A DNA stretch of 64,000 nucleotides from Phaeosaccion multiseriatum (GCA_965112735.1 OZ218958.1:1798001-1862000); one strand, 5' to 3'. Numbered from the stretch's first letter, positions 31,553 to 44,593 are shown. The notes: generated by a model not told the origin, from the sequence alone. Numbers and translations are program-made.

Positions 31553-31837
31553 ATGGATGGGGAGGACAGGCTCACGGAGGTACTGCCCAAGAACGGCCTG
31601 GTGTACAGCGAGAAAGGCGCCCTGACAGAGGTGCTGTGCAAGCCGAAATTGATGCCGATCAAGAGCATTCAGCTGCAAAAGCTCGAGGACCAGATTGTCG
31701 CGGCCACTACGCAGGACGGGGAGGACGATGACGACGGAGGGATGGGGATGGGCATCATGGAAGAGGATTTTGACTTGAACGCCGAGAACGATAACGGAGA
31801 ACGGGGGGGGAGGGGAAGCGACTTCGGCCGAAAATGA
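31553..31837 (+). CDS. BBIP1: BBSome-interacting protein 1 (BBIP10/BBS18)
   Basis: EVLPKNGLVYSE...VLCKPKLMPIKSIQLQKLE matches the BBIP1 core EVLPKxG...VLCKPKLLPLKSxTLEKLE. 94 aa, single exon. Confidence 0.9.
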   Translation: MDGEDRLTEVLPKNGLVYSEKGALTEVLCKPKLMPIKSIQLQKLEDQIVAATTQDGEDDDDGGMGMGIMEEDFDLNAENDNGERGGRGSDFGRK

Positions 31838-33611
31838 GAGCCTGCTGTCGGGGGAACGCGAAGTTTGATCAGCAGGTTGTGTTGGAGAGGGAAGCCCCCC
31901 CCCCCCGCACGCAAGCACCTCATCTCCATTCTCTATCAATCAGTTTAAGCTCTTGCGCGTATATTTTCCCACCCCGAACTTTGGCGAGTTCCCGTAAGGG
32001 GAGTATGCACTGAAGTGTACTCGCGCGAGGGCTTCACTGATGTGGTAGAGAGTGGAGGTAGGTTGTGGGCACTTCTGAGGGGGGCCGTGCCCCCCTTGTC
32101 TCTGTCTCTTTCTCAAATCTCTCATGGGAGGATCGTGACCTCGGCTTGGGGTGTTCGATGGAGGCCTGTGTAGCAAGCCACGCTATGGGGGGCAGAGGGA
32201 GCAGCAGGGACACTTCTTCCTTCAGGGAAGACTCCGCGCCCCTCGCCACTGGCCCGTAGTTGGTGGATGAGTATGGGGGATCCTTTGGCTCCTGTCGTGC
32301 TTGCCCGGGGCACTGACCTCCATCTGCCGCGACACTTCACTATCGGACGAGAGGTTGGACACTGCTCTTCGCCGTGTACTCTCCAAGTCGTCACCCACTC
32401 TGTTTCTACTAGCATTACGCTGTGAGTGACAGTTTTTGAGTGCTTATGAGGAAGTGTACTGTCCACCTTACCACGTTGGGATGGGGCGGGCACGCAATGC
32501 CGTATGAGAGAGAGAGAGAGCGTGAGCAGCGCAGAGGAAGAGACACTGGAATGGGAAAAGTTGCAGGAGCGGCAGCTCTCGCAGCTCTGAACTTGTCGAC
32601 GGCTGCTCTGGTGGGGAGCACTTTCCACACGTCGCTGCCCTCCAAGTACGCCGCCTTCACCAGGGCAGTCAAGTCAGTGAGAGTTTGTCGTGTGAGAACG
32701 GGCTCACATCGCTCTGGCAGCTGACGACACCCACGTCCCTCATAAGAGCCCACAGGGGAAGAGGTTACAAGCTGTGCAATTCTACCCCTCTTGGACTCGT
32801 GGAGGCAGCCCTTGGAGAGAGAGAGAGAGAGAGAGGTGCAGCCCGGAATTTGTCGATACAATAGGCGAAGCGTGCGAGAGAATGACTTGCATAATAAACG
32901 TCTGTGGTTCTCTCTCGTTCTTTCTCCTCAATGTCTCGGAACAAGGGCGTAATCCTTGACGAGTGCTCTCAATGTGCATGCACTGGGGTACACGCCTACG
33001 CTGGGTGGGAATAGCCTACCCTACCCCGTCCCCTAACCGGCGCCAAGGCTAACGCTTCTCTCTTCCGAGGGGTGCAGCCGAGGGAGCCCCCCCAGTTTCT
33101 TTTGGCCCGCCCCCAACTTTGTTTGCCTCTGCCGCTTTTCGGACTCTCTCCTCGCTCGCTTCTGGCCCAGGCTCCTCATGCACCTGCTCAGGTGTGCCTG
33201 CCCTGCTGAAAAGCAGGAACGGGGTGACCCCCGAACGATGCACAGACACTAAATGTACCCCTCACTGGCCGAAATCTTTCACCTTCAGAAGGCAAAGAGT
33301 TTTCCTCGATCTCTCGAGGAGGGGGGAAGAGCTTCCGGTCGGAACGAGGCGGGCTCGCGCCCACCGAAGCAAACAGCGGCGCGCTGTCTTTTCCCCTTCC
33401 GTCTATCTGCATGTCTGCGTATCAGTCGCTCTCCTCTGTGACTGTCACTGGTAGACCGTCAGTCTATGTGTCTGTCTTGTCTGCCTCTGTCTCTCTGTCT
33501 GTCTTCCTGTGTCGGTCGATCTGTCAGTACATCCATCAGTCTCTCCGTCAGCCCATCTCTATCGTCTGCATGTCTGCCCGCCAGTCCGCCCATATGCCTC
33601 CGTCTACTCGT

Positions 33612-34771
33612 CTATCCTATTGATATCCGATACACGGTGTTGGTGGAGCACTCCGTCACAAAGAGGCCTCTCCCGTCCGGCGATATGGCTAGTCCTGACA
33701 CCTCTGGTCCGGGCAGCTCAAACTCCTGCTGCACAATTCCGTCGCTGCCCAGTACAGTCACCAGCCCCACGTTAGACAGGCCCGCAAAGTCGTAGCGTGC
33801 GACGTAAATGTGACCGTCTTGATCACATGTGATAGCGGTGGGCCCAAAGCCGCCCGACAGCTGACAGAGCACTGTGTAGTGGTGGGCTCCGTGCGGAGAC
33901 TGGACGAAGCGCAGCACCCGATTGGCTGCCTGCTCGCAGACGTACACGCAGCGGTTGTCGGGGGAGACGCAGACCCCGCTGGGGTAGGCGAGAGATTCCA
34001 GCGCAATGGGCTTGAGCAGCTGGCCACTGGGGCCCTCTGTAATGCAATACAGACTCCCCTTGGGATTATGCAATCCCGTCTCTCCCACTGGCCCGCTATC
34101 GGTAAAGTAGATGGTGCCCTGGGAGTCGCAAGCTAGGCTATTGGGTCCCTTGAACGGCTTGTCCTCGTACACACGCACCACAACCTGCGAGGCCATTCGT
34201 GTTCCATGTGTGAGTTGAGAGAGGGGGGGAGGGGGGTGCGTTTAGACAGAGATGAAACGGGTAGCTCACCCCAAGCGCGATTCTTACTTTTCTCTCTCTC
34301 TCTCTCCCTTCCCTCTGCCATCAACTTCGCACTTTCTCTCTCTCTCTCTCTCTGTTCCCTCTCCCTTCAGCTTCGCACTCTCTCTCCCTCTTCCCTCTCC
34401 TATCAATTTCACACACTCTCTCTCTTTCCTCTGCCACCAACTTCGCTCTCTCTCTCTCTCTCTTCCCTCTCCTCCCATCATCTTCGCACCTGATGCCGCC
34501 CGTCCTTGTCGATGCTGATGATGGCGCCGTGGGCAAAGTCGGCGATCAGCAACGCTCCTTTGCTATCAAGCACCGCTCCACTCGGTTGCCCGCCGCTGTT
34601 GCACACCACCTCCGGCGTCCTCTGCTCGTTCACCGTAAAGACATCGCCGCTGCTGTTGGAGAGGAACTGGAGGAAGCCGTCCTTGTCGAAAAAGGGGCAC
34701 CGAATGGCCCCGCGAACGTTCTCCACGAAGGCCATCGGCTTCGTGGGAGTGGACACTGAAGACATCGTCAT
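33612..34771 (-). CDS. SMP-30/gluconolactonase-family six-bladed beta-propeller protein
   Basis: Exons 34771-34490 and 34184-33612 (phase 0). Motifs include PFKGPNSL, GTIYFTDSG, LAYPSGVCVSPD and PTAITCDQDGHIYVA. Confidence 0.88.
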
Positions 34772-35247
34772 GGTCAAGCACCAAAGCTACTACTGAAGGG
34801 AGAAAAGCTACTACTGAAGGGAGAAAAAAAAAGACATTGGTGGCTTTACGGTTTCATCCACCCCAGGGGGGCCAGCCCAGCGGAAAGCTCCAGCTGACAC
34901 AAGGAGGCACACCTAAGGAGGCGAAGGTGCAGAGAAGTTGGGTCGTATACGAGAGGAGAGACGGTGCCGAGTTCTAGTCTCGCTCGTGAGGAAGGCTGCA
35001 GGGGAAGGACGAACAAATTAACAACGGGACCCAAAGGTTAATTGAGGAGCAAACGGCGACGGTCTCTCTTTTTCTCAGAGAGAGAGAGCGCCAAAGTAGC
35101 TGCAGCGCAGCCTTGGAGCCATCAGATTCTTTAGCAGTAGAGGCTTGTGTATTTCTGTTCTCGCACCGCAGGTTTGGCGAAGGGGAGGAGGGAGAGAAAG
35201 AGCCTCCAGAGGGGCAAGGGGCGGACTATAGCAGATTGGAGAGCACC

Positions 35248-36274
35248 ATGGACAGAGGGAGGCGAGCGATGCCAGTGGGCAGCAAGCCCTGCCACGAGAA
35301 GTACCTGAAGCAATGTCAGGATCACCACCGCACCAAGTTGGCTAGTATGAAGAGCAGCATCGACAACAAACCACCACAAAGCATGCGGAATGCACACCTC
35401 AAGAAGAACGCAAAGAAGCAGCAAATAATGGTGAGGCAATGGAAGAACATGGGACGAAGACAGGAGGAAGCTTTACGTAGAGGCTGTTGATGGTGCTGGT
35501 GTGGTGTAGGGAGGGGCGTAGGCGAGTATGGCCAGTGGTGGCGAGGAAGGATGAGAAGGGGGGGGGGAAGGTGGCGCTCGATACACGTCAGCTCCGAGAT
35601 AGAGGGCAGGGTTACAATATTGCTTTAGATGGAGTGCGTTGAACTGTCTCCTCTCCATGGTGCAACAGGGGGAATCACACCATTTCTCTTCCGATGGTGC
35701 CTGCTGTGCGCTTACTTCCCTGTGCTGCTGTTCGCTCGTCGCATGCACATACGCTTCACGCCGTAGCCAACCCCAACCCCAACCCTAACTCCCTAAACTC
35801 TTCCTCCCTTCATACCCTCCATCACAGGAGGACCGCTACGCCCAGATCGAGCGCGACAACCGCCTGCTGCTGGAGAAAATGTCTGCCATCATGCGTAAGA
35901 AGGGGTCAGGGGTGGACATGAAGAACGAGTCAATGGGCTATGCAAAGTCCCTCAATAAAGAGTCGCGAAAGCGTGAGCTCCTCCGCATCACCAAGGAGAA
36001 CCAGCGCATACTCTCCGCCATCCAGGGGTCAGAGTCCATGTACGATCACGTCAAGTGGGCCGAAGAGGCCAAGCAAAACGAGCGTTACATGGAACAGATT
36101 TGCGAGTTCCCCGTCACGCTGAGAGAGCACATGCCATATGAGGACGAGGATGGTCACAACGGATTCGAGGGGTCAATGCAGGAGGCAGATTTTGAGGCCA
36201 TGGGCGCTGGGAGGGGGGGGGGCAGTGGTGGACCGGGCATGGGGATGGGAATGGATACCCCATCGGGCTACTAG
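35248..36274 (+). CDS. CFAP97-domain (KIAA1430/hemingway family) flagella-associated protein
   Basis: Exons 35248-35430 and 35828-36274. Motifs include IDNKPP, IERDNRLLLEKM and SLNKESRKRELLRITKENQRIL. Confidence 0.85.
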
Positions 36275-36391
36275 ACTACTAGACTGAGCAGGGAAGGCAA
36301 GCCAACGCAAGGGAGGAAAGAAGGAACCAAACCTTCAAACGCTCCCTGCTCGTCGCTCGCTCACTCAACTCTCAACGCGCAACTAATCTAT

Positions 36392-38659
36392 TCATCGATC
36401 GGAGCTGCCGCCGCCGTCGCTGCTGCTGTCTCCCTCGTCAACAATGTACTGCGGCACTCCTTCTCCTTCGTCGTCGGCGCTCCCGCCTCGCCCACCGCTG
36501 CTCACTTGGTATCCATCGCTCCCCCCGGCCTTGCCACTGCTGCTGCTGCTGCTGCTGCTGCTGCTCGGTGGTCCTCCACGCGGGGTGTAGCCTAAGGAGG
36601 TCTCGATAACATCCACTTCGACGAACGACTGCTGCTCAACCTCCGCCTCGACATCCTCTTCCTTCTCCCCTTCCTCGTCAGTATCGCACTCGCGCCATCC
36701 TACCTTCCCTCTAAGCCCCCGCCCCCACTCCGCATCCTCATCCTCTTCGTCCTCATCCTCCTCATCGTTCTCGTCCACCTCCTTTGTATCGTCCTGCTCC
36801 TCCCGCCGCTGCTTCTGCTCCGCCTCTGCACGGCTCTTTGCCTCCTCGTAGTCCGCCTGAAGTGCCATCCGCCTCCGCTCCACCTCCCTCACCTGCTGGG
36901 CATGTTGTTCATCCATCTGCTTCGCCAGCATCTCCGCCACCGCCTCGCTCGTCTTTCTCCGCCCGCCGCCTCCTCCCTCTCCACCACCACCATTACCACT
37001 CTTGCTCTCCCCTTCCACACCCTTCTCGGAAGCAGTCGACGCAGTCGAAGCAGCCACAGCCGCCGCCAGAGCCGCTGCCGCCGCACCTTCCCTCACGATG
37101 AGGACAGGCGTCCTTGTCCTCTCTTGCTCGTCTGAAGTGATCGAAGTGGGGCCTCTCCTCCACTCCTCCACTGCCCTGCGAAACGCTTCATGCTCAGCCG
37201 CCTCGTCAAGGGCGTCGTCTGCCGCTGGAGCTCGTTTGGCTGCCTCCGCCGCGCCCCCCCCTCCTCCTCCTCCTCCTCCTCCTACCTCACCGCCGCCGCC
37301 GAAGGGGTTACGCCACATGCCCTTCTCCTCCTCCCTACTCTGTTGCTCCCTCTCTTCGTCGTTGTTGCTCCTCCTCCCTGCATCACCATCACCGGCGACA
37401 CCTCCCAACGACGGCACCTCGCGCATCTCCTCCTCCTCCTCCCCCTCCTCCCCCTGGTTATCCTCCTGTCCCACCCGCTCAATCACCACGGGCCCTCCGT
37501 TCCTCCACTCTTCAACTGCGTGCTTGAAGCTCTCCTGCGCCGCTCGTTCATCGTAGTCTCCGTCCGCGAGGTTGGCAGGCATGCCGCCGGGGGGGGCACT
37601 CACCTCGTTCTGGGACAAGGGCTTCAGTCGAGACCAGTGCTGCTGCTGGTGGTGTTGCTGCTGCTGCTGCTGCTGGTGGTGGTGGTGGTGGTGGCTGGTG
37701 TCGCTTGAACTACTGCTACTACTGCTGCTGGTGCTGCTTCTACTAGTGTTGTTGCTGTTGTTGCTGCTACTGTTACTAGCCTTGTTCTCAGCCCCTCCGC
37801 CGAGAGCCATGGGAGCCCTCTTCGCCGCTGTAGAGGGCCGCCCATTTCTCTTCAAGTCCTCAATGCCTCGAAGCACAATCTTCCTGTGCGCAAGAATGAC
37901 CACTTGCATATAATCCAGATCGTCTAGCCCTACCTCTAGCAGAATGGGCCCCGAGATCTCGTTCTGGTTGAACACGTGGCGGTATTGAGGCAGACTGAGG
38001 TGCTGCTCCAGCCAATCCAAGGTGTCGGCTACACACCAGTGCATCACGTCTTTGTTTGCGTAATCTACACAGCTCTTGCTGCTTCCAACTGAGTTGCCGC
38101 CAGGTCCGTCCACGGAAGGACCCTGCTGCTGCTGCTGTTGCCGCTGGTATTGTTGTTCCTGTTGTTGTTGCTGCTGCGGAGGTGGCGGGGGAGGTTCCCG
38201 ACGCGCCATGTCCACCTTTGCTTGCGCTGCTGCCACTGCCATCTGCGCCCTCCGAACCGCCCCACTCCCACCTCCACCGCTGCTCTTCTTGCCGTCCAGA
38301 TGCTGGTCCCACGGCCGCTGTGCACCTCTCTTACTGCTCCCGCTTCTGCTCTCCCTCGCCTGCGCGAGTGCCCTTTCGGCATGCTTTTGCTTGACTTCCT
38401 TCGAATAACGGGTTATGGATCCCTTGTCCGGCCGAGCGCTCTTCCAGCGGCTCCCGTTCGCCTGTTGCTGCTGCTTCTGCTGCTGATCCTGCCTATTATC
38501 TTTGTCCTCATCCATTTGGATGCGGAGCTTTTGAAGCCTCTCCTCCATCCGACTCGTCTCTTCCGCCATTCTGGCGCTCTCGGCCATTTTGTAGCCCGAC
38601 TGTCCTGGCAAGAGAGGCGGTGCGCCGAAGCCTGCTCGCTTCTTCGCCGGGCTGGTCAT
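36392..38659 (-). CDS. SAM-domain protein, 755 aa, single exon
   Basis: SAM signature WCVADTLDWL...LSLPQYRHVFNQNEISGPILLEVGLDDLDYMQV...HRKIVLRGIEDL. The rest is low-complexity or coiled. Confidence 0.85.
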   Translation of the reverse strand: MTSPAKKRAGFGAPPLLPGQSGYKMAESARMAEETSRMEERLQKLRIQMDEDKDNRQDQQQKQQQQANGSRWKSARPDKGSITRYSKEVKQKHAERALAQARESRSGSSKRGAQRPWDQHLDGKKSSGGGGSGAVRRAQMAVAAAQAKVDMARREPPPPPPQQQQQQEQQYQRQQQQQQGPSVDGPGGNSVGSSKSCVDYANKDVMHWCVADTLDWLEQHLSLPQYRHVFNQNEISGPILLEVGLDDLDYMQVVILAHRKIVLRGIEDLKRNGRPSTAAKRAPMALGGGAENKASNSSSNNSNNTSRSSTSSSSSSSSSDTSHHHHHHQQQQQQQHHQQQHWSRLKPLSQNEVSAPPGGMPANLADGDYDERAAQESFKHAVEEWRNGGPVVIERVGQEDNQGEEGEEEEEMREVPSLGGVAGDGDAGRRSNNDEEREQQSREEEKGMWRNPFGGGGEVGGGGGGGGGGAAEAAKRAPAADDALDEAAEHEAFRRAVEEWRRGPTSITSDEQERTRTPVLIVREGAAAAALAAAVAASTASTASEKGVEGESKSGNGGGGEGGGGGRRKTSEAVAEMLAKQMDEQHAQQVREVERRRMALQADYEEAKSRAEAEQKQRREEQDDTKEVDENDEEDEDEEDEDAEWGRGLRGKVGWRECDTDEEGEKEEDVEAEVEQQSFVEVDVIETSLGYTPRGGPPSSSSSSSSSSGKAGGSDGYQVSSGGRGGSADDEGEGVPQYIVDEGDSSSDGGGSSDR

Positions 38660-38905
38660 CGCTCCTCCCTCTTCGCGCTACACAAATGCGCACAAATGCT
38701 GCTGCTGCTTGCTTTGTTTGTTTAAGTTTTCATTATCATCCGTTACCCCCATCGGGACCTTTGGCAGTTGGGCATTCAACAGCTCACAGGCGCGTCCGAT
38801 CCTCCGCCAAATCTATTTCCACATAGGGCGCCAAGACGCAGTTAAGGACCAGCAGTGCCAGCAGTGGAGCAGGGGGGACAGAAAGATTACGACGGATGAT
38901 AATAC

Positions 38906-41588
38906 ATGCAGGCGGATTTGCGAGAGGAGGGGGTGGAACCAACAACAACGACATGCAGTACTCCTCTTGGCGGCAGGACCTCTGGCAAGACGATGCGAAG
39001 GCAGACGAAGAAGAGGCTCAAGCAAAAGAAGCTGGAAATGACAAGGGAGATGCGGATGGATCTTCTCCGGGAGCAGCACGGAATGCTGCTGGAGGACACA
39101 GCCGACTCTGCAGAGGTGGTCGTACCAGGGCTTCGTCTTGCCGAGGCCTTCGTGAGTCCAGAGGAGGAAGACGTATTGCTGCAGTTCTTTCACGAGGGTG
39201 ACTGGGCCAGTGGAATCCAGCGGAGAGTGCAGCACTATGGATACGTCTTCTCTTACACCACCCGCAAGCCCATCGTCGATGAGTCGACCCCGCCGATCCC
39301 ACCGGAGTGTGACGCGGTCCTGCAGCGCCTGGAAGAGTGGTCTGCTTCGGGCGAACGTGGTGATAGTGATGATGTTGGCTCCTCCTCCTCCTCCTCCTGT
39401 GTGATTGGTGCTCGTGGCGACGGTGGACAAGAGCGAGATACGGTGGGCGGCGAAGGCGAGGGTGGAGATGAGATGCGCCAACCCTACAAGGAAGAGAAAG
39501 GGACGAGTGAGAGTGGGAGGACGGTGCTACCATGGAGGCGACCCGACCAACTCACGGTAAATGGTATGTGATCGTGTGTGGAGCGCAGGCAGCGCTACTA
39601 TGGAGGGCTCACTCTTCTTTGCTCTGTTCATTTTCCCCCCTCTCCAATTCTCCTTGTGTCTGTCTATCTGCCTCTCACACTCTCTCCTTCCTCCTCCTAC
39701 TCACCATGTGCTACGCTTCTCCCGTGACAAGAGTACCCGAAGGGGCGGGGCATCGGCAAGCATGTGGACACGCACTCCGTGTTTGAAGATGGGCTGGTGT
39801 CGCTCTCTCTGGGCAGGTCAGTCCGTTCCGTCTTTACATGGAGCATTACAAGGGGGTCGTTGAATGGATTCCATGGGGTTGGTGGGGCGGCAAGAGGTGT
39901 CTGCACAAACGGAGGAGGCTTCGAAATTCCACAGCTTTCTTCCTTCCTAATTACATTCATCCCCCACTCCCCCTTCCCGCTCTCGCCCTCACCACATTCT
40001 CCTCCCGCCTCCGCCTGCTCATCGATCTACCTTCCTACCCACCCACCTGCCTACCTATTTACCTACCTACGTACGTACCTACCTACCTACCTACCTACCT
40101 ACCTACCTACCTACCTACACAACTCTCATCTATAGTGGTTGTGTTATGGAATTCGCCCACCTGGACGGACGAAGGAAGAACGTATACCTCCCGCCTAGAT
40201 CCCTTCTGGCCATGACGGGAGAAGCTCGCTATATATGGACCCACGCCATCGCGGGCAGAAAGACCGACAAGGTACAGGGCAGGGTCCTGCCCAGGGGCAC
40301 TCGCCTCTCTCTGACCTTCCGGAAGGTGCTGCTGGGTCCTGGTGCTGAGAAGAGGCGTGGGGGTGGTGGTGGTGGTGGTGGAGGAGGAGGAGGAGGAGGA
40401 GGAGGAGGAGGAGGAGGAGGAGGGACAGCGAAGGGGTTGGGGCAGCCGCAGCAGTTGGTGATACAGCAGCAGGACGAGGGATGCCGGTGTCCCTTCTTGG
40501 ACTATTGCGATACCAAGGTGGAGGAGGCGGAACGCAAGTTGCTAAAAAGGGCCCTTTTTGGTGGTGATGGGGGCGTGGTGGAGGGTGGAGGAGGAGGAGG
40601 AGGAGGAGCAGCGGCGGTGGTTGTGGAGGAGGGGCAGGAGGAGAGCAAGGCGGAGAGAGGGGTTGCAGCCACGGCCGCCCCAATGCGATCGACAAGGGAT
40701 GGGGATGATGATCAAGAGTATGAGAAAGGACGCTGGGGTGAGGACAGCCTTGGTCACGTTGGGAATGTCCAGCACTCTATCCATCGTTGCCACACTTTAC
40801 GAGGGGCGACAGGAAAGGAAGGCGGTCTTGCGCTGAACGGCGGCGCCGCTACTACCGAAAGTAGCAAAGACGGGGGGGGGGGTGGCATGGGCAAGGGAAA
40901 GAGGAGAGGAAGGGGCGGTGGCCATCGCTGCAGAGCTAGCGAGCTGTGTCGCTCGCCGCCCTTCCCTGGTCTGGAGCCTAGCACCCTCGGCGCTGATGAT
41001 GGTGGTGGTGGCCGAGCTCAGAGCGTCTTACTCGTCGGTCCTCTGAGAAGAGCAGCCTCGGTATCGATGGGTCTATCATCTTCGTTGTGGTCTTGTGCTA
41101 CTTGCGCAGTATTTGCCCCACCTCCTCACCCCCACCATTGTCCTCGAGAGGGGAGGCATGGCGACTTGGAAGGTAAGGAGAAGCATCAGGGACCACAGGG
41201 GCAGCGGCAGAGGCATCACCCTCCTCCCCGCTCGTCAACAGACGCGGTGTCCGGACAGAGCTTGGTGCTCCCCTTCCGCCCCGCAGCGTTCGACTATGTT
41301 GTCTGCACTGCAGTGTCCGGCTATCTATCCTCCGTCTCCTCCTCGTACGACGACGACGACGAGGACGACGACGAGAAAGACTCCTCCGAGCGGGATGCTT
41401 TTCCTCGAGTGAAGCTTCTCTGCGAGTTGGCGAGGGTAACACGGACCGGCGGCACCATTGTGCTCTTGGCGTACGCACAGGCACAGGCTGCTGCTGGCCA
41501 GCCTGAGCCTAGCCTCACAGATGACAACAACGACGACGACGCTCCTTGTGTTACAAGTTGTAGAACTTGTACTTCCTCTGCAGTAGTG

Positions 41589-41619
<31 letters not shown>

Positions 41620-42035
41620 CTGGGCAGGAGGAGGGTGGGGGGGAGGAGGAGGAGGAGGAGGACGCAGCTTCCCCTCCAGGAGCAATTCCGAAGAGGAGGC
41701 AGGACTCCTTGGACTCGCACTGCTGCGGCTGCTGCTCGCATACAACGACCCCTAGCAAGAGCAAGAGCAAGAGGGAGAGGAGGCTGTATTCGCGAGTTGA
41801 GTTGGAGGAGCTGTGTTCTCGTGTTCAAGGTCTCACCGTACGAGAAGTGGGCGCGTGCGCAGGGGAGTGCTGCTGCTGCGGGGCCAAGGTGTGGCGAGTC
41901 CTCCTCAACCGATCCAAGCTTTTGGTCTTTGTCAAGCCCCTCAAGACCCTAAGGAGGAGGAGCAGCCCCCAAGAAGGAGAAGCAGCCCCCAAGGAGGAGG
42001 AGCGAAGTGCTTCGCTAATTGAAGTCAAAAAGTGA
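38906..42035 (+). CDS. ALKBH8: ALKBH8-like 2OG-Fe(II) dioxygenase with a degenerate C-terminal methyltransferase-like region
   Basis: Exons 38906-39563, 39732-39816 and 40136-42035. Motifs include RRVQHYGY, PDQLTVNEY, HVDTH, SLSLGSGCVMEF, ARYIWTHAI, RLSLTFRKV and the Zn motif CRCPFLDYCD. Confidence 0.8.
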
Positions 42036-42669
42036 AATCGCCAAATCTTTCTTTCCAGTTGATTCATATGGTCGCTTTCGCGCCTCCTTTCCTCCCCCCC
42101 CCCCCCCTTCGCCTCCGTCCTCCCTCCGACGACCGAATTCGGTCGGGGACACAAAACTGAAACTCAAACCTGAGTTCAACCGTCCACGCTCCCTTCAATT
42201 GAAGCAAGTAACGCTTGCTGAAAGACCGGCACCATCAGAACGAAGGGTGCAGAGTTTTTCGAAATAGCCTGACTCGCACTAAAGTCTTCTCTCGCCTCCC
42301 TCCCTCCTGTACAAGTCCAAGTGTGAGACATGAACGCTGAAATGGCTGATTCGCTTCCCCCTCCTCACCACAATGATAATGAAAGCGCCTCTCGTCCTCG
42401 TTTGGTTGGAAGGTGGAATTCGAATAACGACCTTCAGCATGGATCCCCGCAAACACCTCACTTGCCTCGCAGAAGGAGGAGGATGATAATGTACAAGTAG
42501 ATGGGGACAATTACGTAAGAAGGTCGAACACATCACATGAGGCCCGCCAATAGACTTGCGTACCACACACACTCATGAGGAAGGAGCCAACCTATTGGTG
42601 GTGGTGCTGCTCCTGCTGCTGCTGTATCACTAACTGCTGCTGCTGTTGCCGCCCGCCTCCTCCTGTCCA

Positions 42670-44522
42670 TCACTCGCCTTCGCCGAATGTGCTTGAGTGA
42701 TGGCTTCTCTTCTTTCGCTTCTTCTTCTTCTTCTTCTTCCTGCTGGACGTGCTTACGTCCGCGGCTTCTCTGCTCCTTTTGCTGCTAACACCTTCTTCTC
42801 CCGACGACGCCCTCCTTTCTTCTCGTCTTCTTCCACTGCTGCTGCCACTGCGGCTGCTGCCCATCTCCCCCTTCCTACTGGCACTTCTCTTTCTCTTCTC
42901 CTCCGCATCGCCTCCAATGGCGACTTTGTGCGACGCACCCACGCGAGCATCAGTCGCCATCCCTCCTCCCCCCCTCTTCCCCTTACGACTACTGCTGCTG
43001 CTACTACTGACTCTACTACTTCCCCTGCGCATGACTGCCTCCTCCTCCTCCTCCTCCTCCTCCTCCTCCTCCTCCTCCTCCTCCTCCTCCTCCTCCTCCT
43101 CCGCCTCCTCCTCCTCCTCCTCATCCTCCTCCTCTTCTTCTTCTTCCTCCTCCTCCTCCTCCTCCTCCTCCTCCTCCTCCGTCTCATCTTCTTCTTCATC
43201 CTCCTCGCTCTCTTCTTCTTCCTCCTCCTCCTCCTCCTCCTCCTCCTCCTCCTCCTCTTCCTCCTCCTCGACGCTCCCTGCCTCTTCACCCCCCTCTCCC
43301 TCTCGCCCTCTCCCTGAAGGCGCACCACCCTTCGCTACGGGGCCTCCCTCTGCAGCCTCTGCTTTTGCTTCTGCTTTGACCTCTTCGGCTTGGGCCTTGG
43401 CTGCCGCTGCTGCTGCTGCTGCTTCTGCCACTGCTATGCTCCGCTGTCTCAGAACCTCGGGTAGCACGCGGAAGGGCTCCACCACGTGTTTGTTGTTCGC
43501 CTTGGCCAGCTTATTCGCCTGTCAAAGGCAAGAGTAAGGGGATACACAAGGTGTAGAGTTGAGGGCATGGGGTAGTAGAGTAGAATACGATGTGGGATTA
43601 GTACAGGGAGTTTGATGATCACGTGGACAATCATTAGGCAAACAAAGACGGAAGGACACTGCTGTAAACGAACGGCTGGTACATACCTTATCAATGAACG
43701 AAGTAACGACGGGCTTCACCTCCTCTAAGAACTCGTACCACTTGTCAACCTCCTCTGGGCATTCCTTCCGAATCTGAAGGTACATGTGGTTGGGCGAGTG
43801 AGTGAGTGAGTGAGTGAATGGGTGGGTGAGTGCGTGAGTGAGTGAGCGAGGGAGGGAGGGAGAGAGTGAGTGAGTGAGTGAGTGAATGAGTGGGTGAGCG
43901 AGTGAGTGAGTGAGTGAATGAGGGAGTGCATGAGGGAGCGAGTGAGTGAGCGTGTGAGTGAGTGAGTGAGTGAGTGAGTGAGTGAGTGAGTGAGTGAGTG
44001 AGCGTGTGAGTGAGTGAGTGAGTGAGCGAGTGAGTGAGTGAGTGAGTGAGTGAGTGAGTGAGTGAGTGAGTGAGTGAGTGAGTGAGGGACGGAGTGAGTG
44101 AGGGAGTGAGTGAGTGAGGGAGTGAGTGAGTGCGTGAGGGCCCCATCCTCTGGCCACCCTCCACCCACGTCCCGACCACGACCCTCCCATCTCTCTGTCT
44201 TTGGACCTTGTCCCTCACCCCCTTACCCCCTCACCCCCTCACCTTGCCCTCCCTATTGTGCATATCGAGAAAGTCGAGCTGTGCCGCTGCTGCCTCAAGC
44301 ACATCCCTAAGGTCCTGCGCCACGGCCATTGTGGCGCTGACAATGACGGGGAGGTCCTGGGAGGGGTTCACCTTGCACTTTAGGCCCTCTGCGATGAGCG
44401 TGCGGACAGTCTGTGTGTGTGTGCGCGTGCGGTATAGTAATAGTCGTTAGGTTATTCAAGTGGAGAAGAGAAGAGACAAAAAGAACAACAACAACAACAA
44501 CAACAACAACAGCAACAACAAT

Positions 44523-44593
<71 letters not shown>

